From Chrysemys picta bellii (taxonomy: Eukaryota): a stretch of 64,000 nt of DNA. Position 1 is the stretch's first letter, and each line of letters opens with the position of its first letter. The notes below the pieces were generated by a model that saw only the letters and a program-made list of their open reading frames with translations, had not been told where the DNA came from and ran no database searches. Shown in pieces: positions 63,293 through 64,000 of the stretch. The DNA is taken from NCBI RefSeq assembly GCF_011386835.1, contig NC_088810.1, forward strand, positions 23,312,001-23,376,000, read 5' to 3'. The translations under genes were made by a program, and so were the position numbers.

Positions 63293-63428
63293 TAACTAAT
63301 TGGGAACTCCTGTAAGAGACGCATCACAAATCCTCCAGGCAGTCCTAGAAACTGTATAAAAGCATTCACGGCTCAGATCTCCTCTAAACGCTTCTTTGGA
63401 CTTCATCCCCTCGGTGAACTGGGTAAGT
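63293..63428 (+). promoter_or_regulatory. CBP promoter module of a gene whose coding exon lies beyond the window end
   Basis: TAACTAATTGG at 63293, TATA at 63355, donor at 63423-63428. Intron-type sequence continues to 64000. Confidence 0.75.
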
Positions 63429-64000
63429 CCGATTCGACTCACTCTCTTTCTAACCCAAGAGCTGTCACAGCAGGGTCCATTTTCATTTAAGACACAATCT
63501 TGCACATTTTCTCTGTGATTTTTAACAGGGAATAGGGTGTTCTTCCATAATTATCTTGTGTAATTTGAAGCCAAAGTTGGGGATTTTAGGAGCACCATAT
63601 GCAACCAGGAAACATATTTCCTATTCACTGGATATAGAATTAGGGCATTTAAATCTTTAAAGTAACATAAGAAAGTCCCTCAGCCATTTTTAGCTTGGAT
63701 AGATTAGGAAGAAACTTTGCCACCTTCATCCATAAATGGGCAATTCAGGGGTTTTCTTTATTCTGAAGTAGCTGTTACTCTTAACTATTGGAGCCAGGAG
63801 AATTATTAAGGTGACAACTGGTGTGATCCAGTTTAGCAATTTCTACATTCTTATGAACAGAAATACCCATTGAAGATGCTTTTCCTCAGATGGTGTAATT
63901 TATTGTTACTCCATGAAAGCCATTTTACCAGAGTAAAAGGTCTGAGGATCCTGTCCTTAGTGATTTATTTGGAGAAAGAAAAAGTTTCTGTTCCTTCATT

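Larger units (their letters stand above)
47940..64000 (+). repeat. Direct tandem segmental duplication, period about 9-9.3 kb (47940-55065 vs 57256-64000)
   Basis: Paired track ORFs (49477/58744, 51516/60663, 52250/61398, 54160/63095). The second copy has deletions at about 60275 and about 62410. Confidence 0.9.

Noticed and set aside
5498-63505. Recurrent short ORFs in upstream and downstream flanks (MSTFIQF..., MTDLEAM..., MTASCAT..., MQFTVTER..., MIEIKYC...)
   Set aside because: They recur only because the non-coding DNA is duplicated. Stops and frames vary between copies and no protein family is recognisable.

Overview
Vertebrate, most likely turtle, genomic DNA made almost entirely of a corneous beta-protein (CBP, beta-keratin) gene array built from tandem and inverted segmental duplications. 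Each gene unit has a TATA promoter, a short non-coding exon 1, a 0.6-1.2 kb intron and one coding exon. That exon encodes a Cys/Pro N-terminus, the CBP core ([35 protein letters not shown]) and a Gly/Tyr-rich tail. I find 6 canonical intact genes, 1 gene with a compensated double frameshift, 3 recently damaged copies, 5 much older divergent CBP relics that the ORF track misses, 1 orphan 3' UTR, and the promoter and part of the intron of one more gene running off the right edge. Two tail subfamilies are spatially separated: ...YRGGYCGPC-type left of about 25 kb and ...[13 protein letters not shown]-type right of about 29.7 kb. Three head-to-head gene pairs sit in large inverted repeats. Several junctions carry fold-back or templated-insertion signatures typical of replication template switching. 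hAT-type MITEs, solo LTRs and a CR1 3' fragment are interspersed, several with target-site duplications confirmed against empty paralogous sites in the window. Turtle assignment and repeat-family names come from recognition, not a database search. Most other ORFs in the track are spurious.
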